Source: Eledone cirrhosa (lineage: Eukaryota). From it: a DNA stretch of 64,000 nucleotides. The stretch is from the NCBI GenBank assembly GCA_964016885.1, contig OZ024743.1, positions 96,720,001 through 96,784,000 on the forward strand, given 5' to 3'. Position 1 is the first letter of the stretch; each line of letters starts with the position of its first letter. Under the pieces are notes generated by a model. It did no database searches, was not told the DNA's origin, and worked only from the letters and a program-made list of their open reading frames with translations. The position numbers were made by a program, and so were the translations under genes. Of this stretch, positions 12,782 through 25,761 are shown piece after piece.

Positions 12782-13174
12782 TTTGAGTCTCAGTCATTGA
12801 TGTTAGTTAACTGGAAAGTTTGTTGAGATGAATATCAAGCCACTACCTGCAGCCTCAGATATTCAGGACGTATCGGAGGGTTCTTGCTGTTCCCAGCAAG
12901 CGTGCCTTTTGAAGCGTTCCAAAAAGCATGAAGGGGCCAATTTTCTTTAACCATCTCTGGAAACTTTTTGAGATAGTCCCTAGTGCGCCTATGACAATCG
13001 GGATCACTTTGACTTCATGGCAGTTCCAAATCCTTTTTACCTCCCACTTTAAGTCCTGGTATTGGTTAATTTTCTCCCTCTCCTTCTCTTGCACTCTCAT
13101 GTCGAATGGGCAGGCCACATCCACAATCAGGCACAATCTTTTTTTCTTTGTCCAAAACCACCAGGTCAGGTCTA
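12657..13174 (-). mobile_element. Second short 3'-end copy of the R4/Dong-like element
   Basis: Near-identical to 9957-10483, bounded by (TA)n and (TTA)n(TA)n. Confidence 0.88.
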
Positions 13175-13250
<76 letters not shown>

Positions 13251-16200
13251 GTGTGTGTATATACAGTTGGGTAGATGAAATACACATTCACACACATATT
13301 GATATTTATATTTAGACATATACATACACATATGCCCCCACACAAATAGACAATCTCTGTGTCAGCTAGCTTTGAAAATTTTGGCATTTGAATTTAAGTG
13401 TGTTTTATCTAGCTTTCAAGTAACCTTTAATTGAAAGTACTAACAAGCAAGCATATCTCATTTGTGTTTTGGGATCCTTTATAGAGCTTCATTGTAAATT
13501 CTGTAGTGCAGGTCAGTCTTCTTGTGGAAGGACTTAGCTCTGCAAACTAATAAAACTGAAGTACCAATAATGGTATGTGAACTGCTGATTCTTCTACCAG
13601 TATTTCAATGTTCACACCCAAAGCTAACTCCTGGGTATTTAGCTTCCTAGGCAAGCTCAACAATATGCACGCCCTTCTTCTAGTTATGTACCTTGTTTTC
13701 TTAAATAAAATAATTTTAGCTTGCAGTTTGGTAAGCTGATGGACTTAGTTTTTGACACTTCTTGTTCTAACCACACAAAGAATATTATTAATCTTGTATT
13801 TTACACTTCACAGTTCACATACACCCACACAAATCAATTGATAAATCATAGCATTATATACCTTTCACTGGGTGGTATCAAAAAGGTTAATGTTGATTTG
13901 CCAATGCTGACATGTTTAAAAGAGTCTGCCACTCGACATAACACGATTCATTTTGCCTGTGCTGTTTTATCTATGAAATCTATCCTCCTGAGATATGACC
14001 TCATCACTTCTTCCCATGTTTTAGCCTTTCTAACATACATCAGCTGATGCCTTTATTGATACCTCACATTTTTTGCTCACATGTGCTTTGCCTTTCATCC
14101 AAGTTAATCATTTTATTAACATATTTCTAATGGACCATTGTCCATGGTTTTCAAATAATTTTGAAAATAACAATTTTGAGGTATTTAGTAAAATAACTAA
14201 TATTCTTCTGGTGTTTGAAACAAAACTTAACAAAGGTACTTACATAAAATTATGATGGAAGATTTTTAGATGAATATAAACTCTTTAAAAACAAACAGTT
14301 TTGTTGCATAGAATCAGTCATTTTCAAGTGGTTTAATGTCCAAAGGATTTAACATGGTACATCTATGGATCTTACTTGATCCATTTCTCTCCAGTCTCAG
14401 TAGGTCCTCCATATTCTGTACCCCTGTCTCAATGTCATGTTGCAGCTCACCTCTTATTTATGCTACTTCATATAGATTACTTTCTTGTATCCATTATAAC
14501 AGCTATAAGAACCAGTTCATCTTCTGGTATACCTACCCTATTCTAGTTTACTATGGTTTCGGTATAAATAACCACCATTAACACTATTTAGATTATGAGC
14601 AGATCTTTGATGAAAGGCATTTCATCCATGACCTTCTTGTCTTTCGTTTTTGATACATAGTGTATCAAGGATTTGAATAATCTAGCATGTTCTATCTCTA
14701 AGGTAGTAAAATTTGATTTCTGAGAAATTTGTATGCTTTTTCCAACAGTTGAATAACTACATGAATCTCCCTTATTAGCTTATAGGTTTATAGATATTAT
14801 GTTAGATGGCAGAGCTGAAAGAAGTCCTTATTCCCTGTTGTTTAGCAATCTATATTATAATGATTATGCTATATTTCTTTAGTTTGTATGTCTCGCATGA
14901 AAGCGAATCACACAAAATTGTTGAAGCATTTTTATTTAGAATTTGTGAAATACAATTCTAAATAGAAAAGTGAAGTAAAAAAAAAGGTATGTATGTGTGA
15001 GGGGATAAACAAGAAGCTCAGATGGAAACTGTACCTATAATATTAATAGGGCAAGACAATTAGTAATAAAAATACGTTTGCTTTTATTTAACCCTAGCTA
15101 TATTTTTTTTCTTAGGAGCATTTGTTTAGGTTGATTTGATTTATAAAATTACCTTTGAGTATCTGTCCATTTTATCTAAAATCTCAATTGTGCGAAGAAC
15201 TAAATAAATATCGCCACTTTTTTCCCCATTACATCATACTTCAAGTCTCCACAAATCAATGTAAAGTATAAAGAATACTTTACATGAATGAATGGCTTCT
15301 CTGTTATGCTATTAAATCTCTGTAATAAAACTTTTGGAAATTTGCCAACCTACACTTTTCATCTCTAAAATGTTGTCTAAAGTATTTTGTATTGTATACT
15401 GACCCTTTCTTATCTTTTCACAACACAATAGTTTCCATTGCTACAAATCTTCTTAGGTCTGCATTACATCTGTAAAATGTTACAGTTATCTCACAGGCAT
15501 GAAAAGAATTGTAGTTTTAGTAGACCTTGCTCTGGGCACTGTCATTTTCTAGAAATATATCGCATTTACCATTGATTTCTTTCCTTCATTTAAGTGTATT
15601 TATTCTCAGTCATGCAGTTAACTATTTCACAACAAAATATATCAATATTCTGTTTCCCAGAATTTTCTCAAAGCAATAAAAAATATAATTTCCCTGACCT
15701 TTTCTACTGTACATATCCCTACCTTCAAGCTTTTATTTTTATTATATTCCTGCATATTCTTCTCTCTCATTTTAACTCTCCTTTGTTGCATTTCACTTTC
15801 TCTGTCCCAATTAATGCTGAGAATATCTATCCTTGTACCTATTGAATCTTTATTATGAACATATTTCTATACTGAGTTCTAATAGAAATATAAAACAAAT
15901 CAAAAGAAAAACTATATCAAAAATGATTTTTATAAGTTACATACTTTGCTACACAGTATATCAGATTACCAACAATTAAATATAAATTTAGTGGCCACGT
16001 TCATTTTTCTTTAGAAAAGAGTGGAAGTTATTTTGTATTTATCTATTCATGCAATGGAAGCTGTCAGGCACTTAATTTGAAAATCTGGAAATAATGTCTT
16101 AACAAAAGATATTTACGCACATCTGATTTTAATATATTTTAAAATATGTTGATACCAATCTGCTTGAAATTACCCTGGTTTGGTAATATGAAGCTATTTC

Positions 16201-17601
16201 TTTTAAAATATCTAAATTGTCTAAAAGCCTTCCATCATAATTTTATGTACAAACCTTTATTAATTTACTGCCTAAACACAAGCTTAATAATGAGTGTTGG
16301 CATACACCAGGGCCGAATACAAGAGAACCAAACCCCCATTGTCACTGCCTCTCTTGTTCTCTCTATCTCTTACTATTGTGAGCAAATGGGGGCCCATGCA
16401 TTGACTGCTCTGTGGCCCCAGTGGACTGGCTGCCCCGCTACTCCACGAGACAGAATAAAGAAGGCATTTCCCTGGAGGATGGAGGGAGATGCGCTGGAAG
16501 AGCCATTCCAGCTTGTGAGGCTCACCCATGTGAGTAGCCAATTCTGTGCTGATGGTGGTGGGCAGGCACCAACTTAAAAAAATAACTTTACACAAAGTTT
16601 TAAAATGTATTCTGTATTACTCAGCCCTCAGAAGTAGGCAACAAATCATTTAGGAAGGCTACCTGTGATAGACTAGTATCATATTCAAATACAGTTTATC
16701 ATCCATATGTTTAGCAATATGGAATCTGAGCCAAATGCCAGGCCTTTTAAATCTGTCAAGTGTTAGAAGGCATTTACATTTCTTTACATAGAGTTTCTTC
16801 TATAAACATTTCCTCAAAAACTGCAATTTGGGTTGAAGATATTTGTATGAATGTTATGTAAATTCAGAAACACTCTCGGAAGAATGTCAAATGTTCAAAA
16901 CAAATATTATTACATTCAACATTGTATTATATTGTTACAAACAATGCTTCATATTGGCTAAATCTAACTTGTTCTTACAACACAATATCACAAATGTATT
17001 TTCTCCTTTTTCTATCCTTTCTACCTCCACAACAGCAGACTTGTGTCACCTTCATTTAGACACTTCCAATTCTCTTGTTTCTCCTTTTCTCATCAGCTAT
17101 AATGTCTTATTCCTACCCAATCTTTATACTACTCACTATATCCAGTTCTTCCTTCCCATCTCTCTGGAATTCCTTTCCTGCATGTATTTTTCTGCATCCT
17201 TCAACTTATATCTGTTGAAGAGAAATGTTAATCACATCAATACCATTGTTCTTTGAAATATTTCAAAGGTCATGGGCTCACTCCCTTCCTACAGACCAAA
17301 TAAACAAAAAGTTTTAAAAGTGAAAAGAAAAATTAATGGAGCTTGTGTGCAAGTTAGGTGTGAGTACATTTTATAGTGTATAATATAATGACAAGTTTAT
17401 TGTATCAACAGCAATATAACAAGCTTTATTAGGTCATTTTCCCTGTTAAAGCAGGGGCTATCTTGTGGGCCCCATGATAACTTTTGCACTCAGCATGGTG
17501 TCAATTTTGAGACAGAGTTTTACCATCAGATGCTCCTCTTGATATCAACACTTTTAGTCACTTCTTATGACATTCGGAAATATGCTGTATCTATTCTAAA
17601 C

Positions 17602-17953
17602 TGGATGCACATGGCTTAGTGGTTAGAGCATTGGCCTTGCAATCGAAAGGAGAGTTCAATTCTCAGACCGGGTGATGTGTTGTTTCCTTGAGCAAGACAC
17701 TTTATTTCACATTGCTCCAGTTTACTCAGCTGTAGAAATGAGATGATAGGGACTGGGTTCCCCATCACTCCACTGCAAAGTGGACGTGTAGGCGCCACGG
17801 CAAAAAAGCACCCAGCACTCACTGTAAATGAGGTTGGTGTTAGGAAGGGCATCCAGCTGTAGAAATCAAGCCAAAATCAGTTCCCGTCCCACCCTTGCAA
17901 GCAGGGAAAAGCGGACGTAAAATGAAATGAAATGAAATGAAATGAAATGAAAT
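17602..17953 (+). mobile_element. tRNA-derived SINE with RTE 3' tail and (AAATG)n end
   Basis: Near-identical to 9249-9585. Ends about 155 bp upstream of the first RGS exon. Confidence 0.88.
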
Positions 17954-18109
17954 GATGCACACAAACAAATCTATGGTACAGAATAAGAATATCTACTCTT
18001 CATTATTTCATTCTAATTATATGCTTGAAAACATTTATGTCTTTAGTTGGAATATAATTAAATTTCTTCATCTAACTATTGATTTTTATTTTCATTATTT
18101 TTGTTACAG

Positions 18110-18216
18110 CAGAAGGATTACATCTGGCTCATTTAATGTCTGCTCATGGCTATCTTTTCCCCATTGATGACCATGTGTTAACAGTTAAAAATGACAACAC
18201 ATACTACCGTTTCCAG
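18110..18216 (+). CDS. RGS7: R7-family RGS (RGS7/RGS6/EGL-10-like) internal exon, C-terminal part of DEP domain
   Basis: Polypyrimidine tract + ttacag acceptor, gtaatg donor, 107 bp, phase 1 to 0. Encodes [36 protein letters not shown], matching recalled RGS7 [36 protein letters not shown]. Confidence 0.95.
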
Positions 18217-18413
18217 GTAATGTATATCTTTTTGATTCCTTATTTCCTTGCAGCTTATTTTGATTCACTTTTTACATACTTACAAAGGTATCAATTTTAT
18301 GAGCAGCTTGTAATAAATATGCCTCAAAATGCAAAATAATTGTGTTAATGGAACTCTGAAAAGAATGCATAATTAGCAACTCAAATCATTATTATTATTA
18401 ATAAAGTAATCAA

Positions 18414-19062
18414 GGCGGTGGATTGGCAGTGTCGGTCGAGTTGAACACCATGCTTTGAAGCATAGAATTACGGTCTGAGTTCAAATCCCTCCGAGGTTAA
18501 CTTTCATCTTTATGAGGTCAATAAAATAAAACACCAGTAATGCACTGGGGTCAATTTAATTGACTTTCCCCTTGTCCCAAATTACTGGCTTTGTGCCTAT
18601 ATTAGAAATCATTATTAATAAAGTAATGGGCGGTGGATTGGCAGTATCGGTAGAGAGTCGGACGCCATGCTTTCCAGCATAGTTACATCCCTTTACGGTC
18701 TAATTCAAATCCCGCCGAGGTTGACTTTGCCTTTCATCCTTACAGAGGTCGATAAAATAAAGTACCAGTAATGTACTGGGTAATTGCTGGCCTTGTGCCA
18801 AAAGTAGAAACAATTATTAATAAAGTAATCTTATTACTTAACAATACAAAGGTGGTGGATTGGCTGAATCATTATGCATCAGCAAAATACCTTGCAGGAT
18901 TTAGTTATGGCTCTTTATGTTCTGAGTTCAAATCCTGCCAAGATCAACTTTACTGTTTATCCTTCCAAGGTCAATAAAATAAAGTACCAGTTAAGTATTG
19001 CGGTAGGTTTAATCAAGTTCCCCTTCTTCAATATTGATCAACTTGTGCCTAAATTTGAAACC
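18414..19062 (+). mobile_element. Three tandem ATT-tail SINEs
   Basis: About 18414-18610, 18628-18812 and older 18850-19062. The 17-mer attattaataaagtaat occurs at 18394, 18611 and 18813. Confidence 0.85.
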
Positions 19063-20285
19063 ATTCCTTTCATTACTACAGCATATTGTTGCAAAGAATT
19101 ACTCATGATTCAGTTGTTTAACCCTGAGTCATTCCTGACCAGACATATCTATGATTTAAAGGAATGGTTAAACCATGGTTAACATTTTTTTTTTAATTAT
19201 CCAATGTGACTTTCCTTTTTGAAAACTATAGGCTGTAGTGATTTGGAAAGACATTGTTATTATTACTAGCAAGATGAGCTACCACATAGAGGCTCCTGTT
19301 TTTACAATTACCTCAGGGTATCATCTGTATGGAAAATAAATAGTGAAGTATGTGCTAATGTAGTTAATTTGATCATCCTCATCATTATCATCATCATTTA
19401 ATGTCTATTTTCTACGCTAGCATGAGTTAGACTGGTTTGTCCCATTAGAGGCAAGTTGGGTCAGGTGACGATGTCTTGCTCATATAGGACAGTTTCTGGC
19501 TAGATTTCTACAGCTGGATGCCCTTCCTAACACCAACCACATTTACAGTGTGTGCTGGGTGATTTTGTGATACCAACATAACTTTGCAGAGTAAGGGTGG
19601 TATAGGGGTGTATGGAGGGTGTTATAGCAGTGCCTATGATAATTTAAATTAATCAAAACTATATTTGTATTATATTATATGGATCTTTGTTTGACAATAT
19701 TTTCTCCTTCATCTGGAGTCAAGTTAGATTGTGCAATCTACAACTGGTAATCATTTAAATGATTATTCCTTGTTACATAGTTTGGTCTTTAGTTGCTAAA
19801 CCAGCAATACCACTCTAGGGTGTCCACCCTGATGTGGAGAGGGTAGATAGACATTCTGACAAAAACAGTGCCTGTCTACAAGGGCAAATGAACTTAGCCT
19901 GTAGATAGAATGGGGACCCCATTAAGGCTACTGAGTTTAGCATTGCTGACTTTTTCGACATTCCTTGTATGCTGTTGTCTTACTCAGACCTGCTAGACTA
20001 GCCTTGTCTTTAATCCAGGGGCAACTAAGTGGAAGAAGAACCTTGATAAGTGTGAGGGCCACTCATGTGGCTTAAATCACTCCTGGTTTGGATTATTGCC
20101 ATTTCATACTAACTGTGGTACATGTTCTGACTTTTGATAAGTGATGCTGCTGCTGAATTATCTAGTTTTATAAATTGACTCTAGCGACTATAAGTGCATA
20201 GAGTTATGTCTATCTGTTACGTATGTAAAATAAAGGAAAGTGGGTGTGCTGCTCCATCTTGTAGAGATTAGTCTCTTCAAATAAT

Positions 20286-20472
20286 AGTTTCTACTTTTGG
20301 CACAAGGCCAGCAATTACCCAGTACATTACTGGTACTTTATTTTATCCAACCTGTAAGGATGAAAGGTAAAGTTAACCTTGGGGGGGATTTGAACTCAGA
20401 CCATAAATGACCGTAACTGTTTGCTGCAAAGCATGGTATCCGACCCTCTACCAATACTGTCAACCCACCACC
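20286..20472 (-). mobile_element. ATT-tail SINE whose 5' head seeds the adjacent minisatellite
   Basis: tttctacttttggcacaaggcc...gatttgaactcag...ccctctaccaatactgtcaacccaccacc. Confidence 0.85.
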
Positions 20473-22857
20473 CTTACCGTTACTGCCAACCCACCACTCT
20501 TACCGATACTGCCAACCCACCACCCTTACCGATACTGCCAACCCACCACCCTTACCCATACAGCCAACCAACCGCCCTTACCCATACTGCCAACCCACCA
20601 CCCTTACAGATACTGCCAACCCACCACCCTTACCCATACTGCCAACCCACCACCCTTAGCGATACTGCCAACCCACCACTCTTACCCATACTGCCAACCC
20701 ACCGCCCTTACCCATACTGCCAACCCACCACCCTTACAGATACTGCCAACACACCACCCTTACCCATACTGCCAACCCACCACCCTTACTCATACTGCCA
20801 CCCCACCACCCCTACCCATACTGCTAACCCACCACCCTTACTCATACTGCCAACCCACCACCCCTACCCATACTGCCAACCCACCACCCTTACTGATACT
20901 GCCAACCCACCACTCTTACCCATACTGCCAACCCACCGCCCTTACTCATACTGCCAACCCACCACCCTGACCGATACTGCCAACCCACCACCCTGACCGA
21001 GACTGCCAATCCACCACCCTTACTGATACTGCCAATCCACCACCCTTACTCATACTGCCAACCCACCACCCCTACCCATACTGCCAACCCACCACCCTTA
21101 CTCATACTGCCAACCCACTACCATTACCCATAATGCCAACCCACCACCCTTACCGATACTGCCAACCCACCACGCTTACCGATACTGCCAACCCACCACC
21201 CTTACTCATACTGCCAACCCACCACCCTGACCGATACTGCCAATCCACCACCCTTACTGATACTGCCAACCCACCACCCTTACCGATACTGCCAACCCAC
21301 CTTCCTTACCCATACTCCCAACCCACCACCCTTACCGATATTTCCAACCCACCACCCTTACCAATACTGCCAACCCACCACCCTTACCCATATTGCCAAC
21401 CCACCACCCTTACCGATACTGCCAACACACCACCCTTACCGATACTGCCAATCCACCACCCTTACCGATACTGCCAACCCACCACCTGTACCCATACTGT
21501 CAATCCACCACCCTTAGCTATACTGCCAACCCACCACCCTTACCGATACTGCCAACCCACCACCCTTACCGATACTGCCAACACACCACCCTTACCGATA
21601 CTGCCAACACACCACCCTTACCGATACTGCCAATCCACCACCCTTACCGATACTGCCAACCCACCACCTGTACCCATACTGTCAATCCACCACCCTTACC
21701 CACACTGCCAACCCACCACCCTTACCGATACTGCCAACCCACCACCCTTACCGATACTGCCAACCCACCACCCCAACCGATACTGCCAACCCCCTGCCCT
21801 TACCGATACTGCCAACCCAGCACCCTTACCGATACTGCCAACCCAATACCCTTACCGATACTGCCAACCCACCACCATTACCAATACTGCCAACCCACCA
21901 CTCTTACCAATACTGCCAACCCACCACCCTTACCCATACTGCCAACCCACCACCCTTACCGATACTGCCAACCCACCACTCTTACCGATACTGCCAACCC
22001 ACCACCCTTACCCATACTGCCAACCCACCACCTGTGCCGATACTGCCAACCCACCACCCTTAGCGATACTGCCAACCCACCACCCTTACCCATACTGCCA
22101 ACCCACCACCCTTACCGATACTGCCAACCCACCACACTTACCGATACTGGAAACCGACCACCCTTACCAATACTGCCAACCCACTGCACTTACCCATACT
22201 GCCAACCCACCACCCTTATGTTACTGTCAACTCACCACCCTTACCGATACTGCCAACCCAATACCCTTAGCGATACTGCCAACCCACCACCCTTACCCAT
22301 ACTGCCAACCCACCACCCTTACCCATACTGCCAACCCACCACCCTTACCGATACTGCCAACCCACCACACTTACCGATACTGGAAACCGACCACCCTTAC
22401 CAATACTGCCAACCCACTGCACTTACCCATACTGCCAACCCACCACCCTTATGTTACTGTCAACTCACCACCCTTACCGATACTGCCAACCCAATACCCT
22501 TAGCGATACTGCCAACCCACCACCCTTACCCATACTGCCAACCCACCACCCTTACCCATACTGCCAACCCACCACCCTTACCGATACTGCCAACCCACCA
22601 CCCTTACCGATACTGCCAACCCATCACCCTTACCAATACTGCCAACCCACTGTACTTACCCATACTGCCAACCCACCACCCTTACCGATACTGCCAACCC
22701 ACCACCCTTATGGATGCTGCCAACCCACCACACTTACCCATACTGCCAACCCACCACCCTTACCGATACTGCCAACCCACCACCCTTACCCATACTGCCC
22801 ACCCACCACCCTTACCCATACTGCCAACCCACCACCCTTACCGATACTGCCAATCCA
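20445..22857. repeat. 26-bp minisatellite, about 90 copies
   Basis: Consensus cccttaccgatactgccaacccacca. Higher-order repeats of 182 bp (7 units) and 233 bp (9 units). Confidence 0.97.
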
Positions 22858-22861
22858 AAAT

Positions 22862-23400
22862 AATGCTTCTAATTTTGGCATACGTTCAGTCATTTGGAGA
22901 AGGGGAAAAGTTCAATCAACCCAGTATTTGACTGTTGCTCTATTTTATTGACCGACCCTGGTAGGATTTGAACTCAGAATGTGAAGAGCTGGAAGAAATG
23001 CAGCAAATCAATTTGTGAAATGCTCTAAAGATTCTGCCAATCAGCCACCAATTGTCTCTTTAAATAATTAGAAGTGGCACTAACATAACTTGGTTAATCA
23101 TTTAAACTCAGAACTTAGAAAACAATAACTAAATACCACAAAACATTCTGTCTGATGCACTACCACTACTGCCAGTCCACTTCTCTTGGCACTCTTCAAA
23201 TAATTATTTATTTATTTATTTTAAATGATTTCTACTATTGGCACAAGACCAGCAATTTGGGATGAGAGGAAAGGTGATTAAATCAATCCCAGTGCATTAC
23301 TGGAGCTTTATTTTGTTGATCCTGTAAGGATGAAAGGCAGAGCTAAGTCCGATGCGATTTGAACTCAGAACGTAAAGGGCCATAACTGTGCTACAAAGCA
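22862..23400 (-). mobile_element. Cluster of older ATT-tail SINE copies
   Basis: gatttgaactcagaa B-box complement near 22965 and 23357, with tttcta...ggcacaag tails. Confidence 0.65.
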
Positions 23401-23842
23401 TGTAATGTTACCTGATAGAATGGGGATTTCATTGTATTGGAATTATATACTGAGATTTCAATTTTAGAAATGTAGTACTGTAGTTCAATTTTGGAATGTA
23501 TACTTGCATATTCCCATATAAGGAGTAAAGCTACTGAAAATGGATACTTGCATAGCCATGAAATTAAACAAAATTCATTTTGTAATCACATGGGTTTAGA
23601 TTCAAAACCACTGTACAGTACCTTGTGTAAATTTTTGGCAAATGTGTTCTACCATTCAATTCATCACCTCAGGTAAACCTCAAGAAAGTGTCTTCTACTT
23701 TATTCTTGAGTCAACACAAACCTTGTGAGTGTAATTGGGTAGACAATCTGTGTTGAATCCTATTGGATGGACTGTATTTGTAATTCCAAAGTCCAGCCTT
23801 CATACATAGTGTCACACTAATTCTACCTGAGGATTACATTAA

Positions 23843-24045
23843 CCCTTTATCATTTAAACCGGCCATATCTGGCCAGAATTCTCTCTCCTCTTTCTGTTCA
23901 AACCAGCTGTAACAGGCTGCTCATACTGATGTTAAGGTATTGTTCTCAAAATACATATCAAAATCTCATAGATTAGATATTATGTGAGATAAAGCCTTTA
24001 CCATGAAAATACAATAGTAGATATAGAATAATGTAAAAGTTGAAG
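23843..24045. mobile_element. TTAA-flanked MITE (right end degenerate)
   Basis: ttaaccctttatcatttaaaccggccatatctggcc start, same internal sequence as other copies. Confidence 0.7.
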
Positions 24046-24579
24046 AGTACAAATATTAGTGGAATGACTACATCATACAGTGAGTGTTTAAGTTCCATTG
24101 ATCAAACAACAGGAATACTAATTGTTGAATCTAATTCAAGATTCATTTATGTTTTTTTTTTTTACTCAAATTGAGTTTTGAAGGGTTTGTAAGATTTATT
24201 GATCTCCATAAAAGTATATCACGTCAAACGATTTACAGTGACATCTGCAACCTTGGTTTGTTGGTTGTTTTCACTCTTTGCTTAAAAAAAATGTAAACTC
24301 CTATTTAGTAAACACCCTAATTTATGTCAAAACACTTGATGCATTTTTCAATAATTTCAGCTGACGCAGTAACACAAGCTGATTTTTTTGCCATAGTAGT
24401 AGTAGTAATAGTAGCAGCTACAGCAGTTGTTTATATGATATTTGCGGATTTTATTTCATTAAAACTGTTACATTCGAAGCATAACTCTGTCTGATTAATT
24501 AGGTGCAATAATTTTTTCATCAACTCAATGACCATTATCTTATCTTTGTTTTGGGGTTTTATATATCTATATATATATA

Positions 24580-25284
24580 TATCAAACGTATATATTGAGT
24601 TAGGAACTCAAAATAGTCTCTTACAACAAAATAGCTCTAAGAAAGAGATATTTCCGAGCCGTCTATTATAATAGAATATAAAAGAAAAACAAACACAGAT
24701 ATATACATATATGTGTTCAAATCGTAAGGGACCAGATTTGCAAAGGTCAAATGAATACTAACTATAGATAATTGGGTTTGCTTGTCTCAATCTAAGAAAA
24801 AATCAAGAAAATAAATACAAACCAAATACATATATTGAGTTCCTGACTCAATATATGTATTTGATATATTCGGCTCCATTAATTTGTTGAGCTATTTCAA
24901 ATGTCGAATAAACCCGGCTGCTCATTTTTAGTGGTGTAAGTTTGTGAGATGCGCTAGGATGCCATGTGCGATATTTTATATATATAGCACACTATTCAGT
25001 TTCTTAATATACTTAGAAGTGTCTAGGATACTAATTCATCACCCACTGATGAGCTTGAATTGGGAATTCTTTTCACAATTAACATTGCGAAACAACAACA
25101 AATTGTCTGAGTGATTGGTAGATACCACAATTCTGGTTTGTATTTATTTTCTTGATTTTTTCATAGATTGAGACAAGCAAACCCAATTGTCCATAGTTAG
25201 TATTTTATTCACCTTAGCGAATCTGGTCCCTTACAATTTGAACACATATATGTATATATCTGTGTTCGTTTTTCTTTTATATTC

Positions 25285-25290
<6 letters not shown>
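24580..25290 (+). mobile_element. Fold-back element (probably Penelope-derived) with about 157-bp inverted arms, between (TA)n tracts
   Basis: 24668-24824 is the inverted copy of 25134-25290. Perfect 17-bp hairpin at about 24824-24862. Hammerhead lies between the arms. Confidence 0.7.
25038..25115 (+). ncRNA. Type I hammerhead ribozyme
   Basis: Stem I atcaccca/tgagtgat, core CTGATGA (25046-25052), stem II gc...aattg...caatt...gc, GAAA (25089-25092), stem III acaa/ttgt with 7-nt loop, cleavage triplet GTC (25105-25107). Confidence 0.8.
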
Positions 25291-25329
<39 letters not shown>

Positions 25330-25696
25330 TATATATATATATGCATGTGTGTGTGTATACACACACATATATATATCATCATAAATATATATATATAAAT
25401 GTGGTTGGTGTTGGGAAGGGCACCCAGCCATAGAAAACCCGCCAGACGTGTAGGTGTCACGACAAAAAAACACACAGTCCACGCTGTAATGTGGCCGTGT
25501 AGGTAACACGGTAAAAACCTCCCAGTCCACACTGTAAACGTGGTTGGTGTTAGGAAGGGCATCCAGCCGTAGAAAACCCGCCAGACAGTCCTATACGAGC
25601 AGGACAACCAATCTTGCCTCAAGTGGAAAACTCCCATCCAAACCCATGCAAGCATGGAAGATGGACGTTAAACGATGATGATGATGATGATGATAT

Positions 25697-25760
<64 letters not shown>

Positions 25761-25761
<1 letters not shown>

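Noticed and set aside
12855-13387. ORFs with YIYIYI, poly-I or poly-N runs (also 9916, 25187, 43430, 47854, 60406)
   Set aside because: Translations of (TA)n and (TAA)n microsatellites.
16146-16595. Overlapping 143-aa and 103-aa ORFs in a locally GC-richer patch
   Set aside because: No recognisable domain or convincing splice signals. Probably an unidentified repeat fragment.
1-18109. Preceding RGS7 exon (expected about GSDIVQWL...IED)
   Set aside because: No candidate with matching translation and splice sites was found by eye. It is probably upstream of the window, but a TBLASTN or spliced alignment would be needed to exclude it.
20407-22951. Long Pro/Thr/His-rich ORFs (up to 512 aa)
   Set aside because: Artefact of a largely stop-free 26-bp repeat read in all three + frames. 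The unit is not a multiple of 3 and derives from a SINE.
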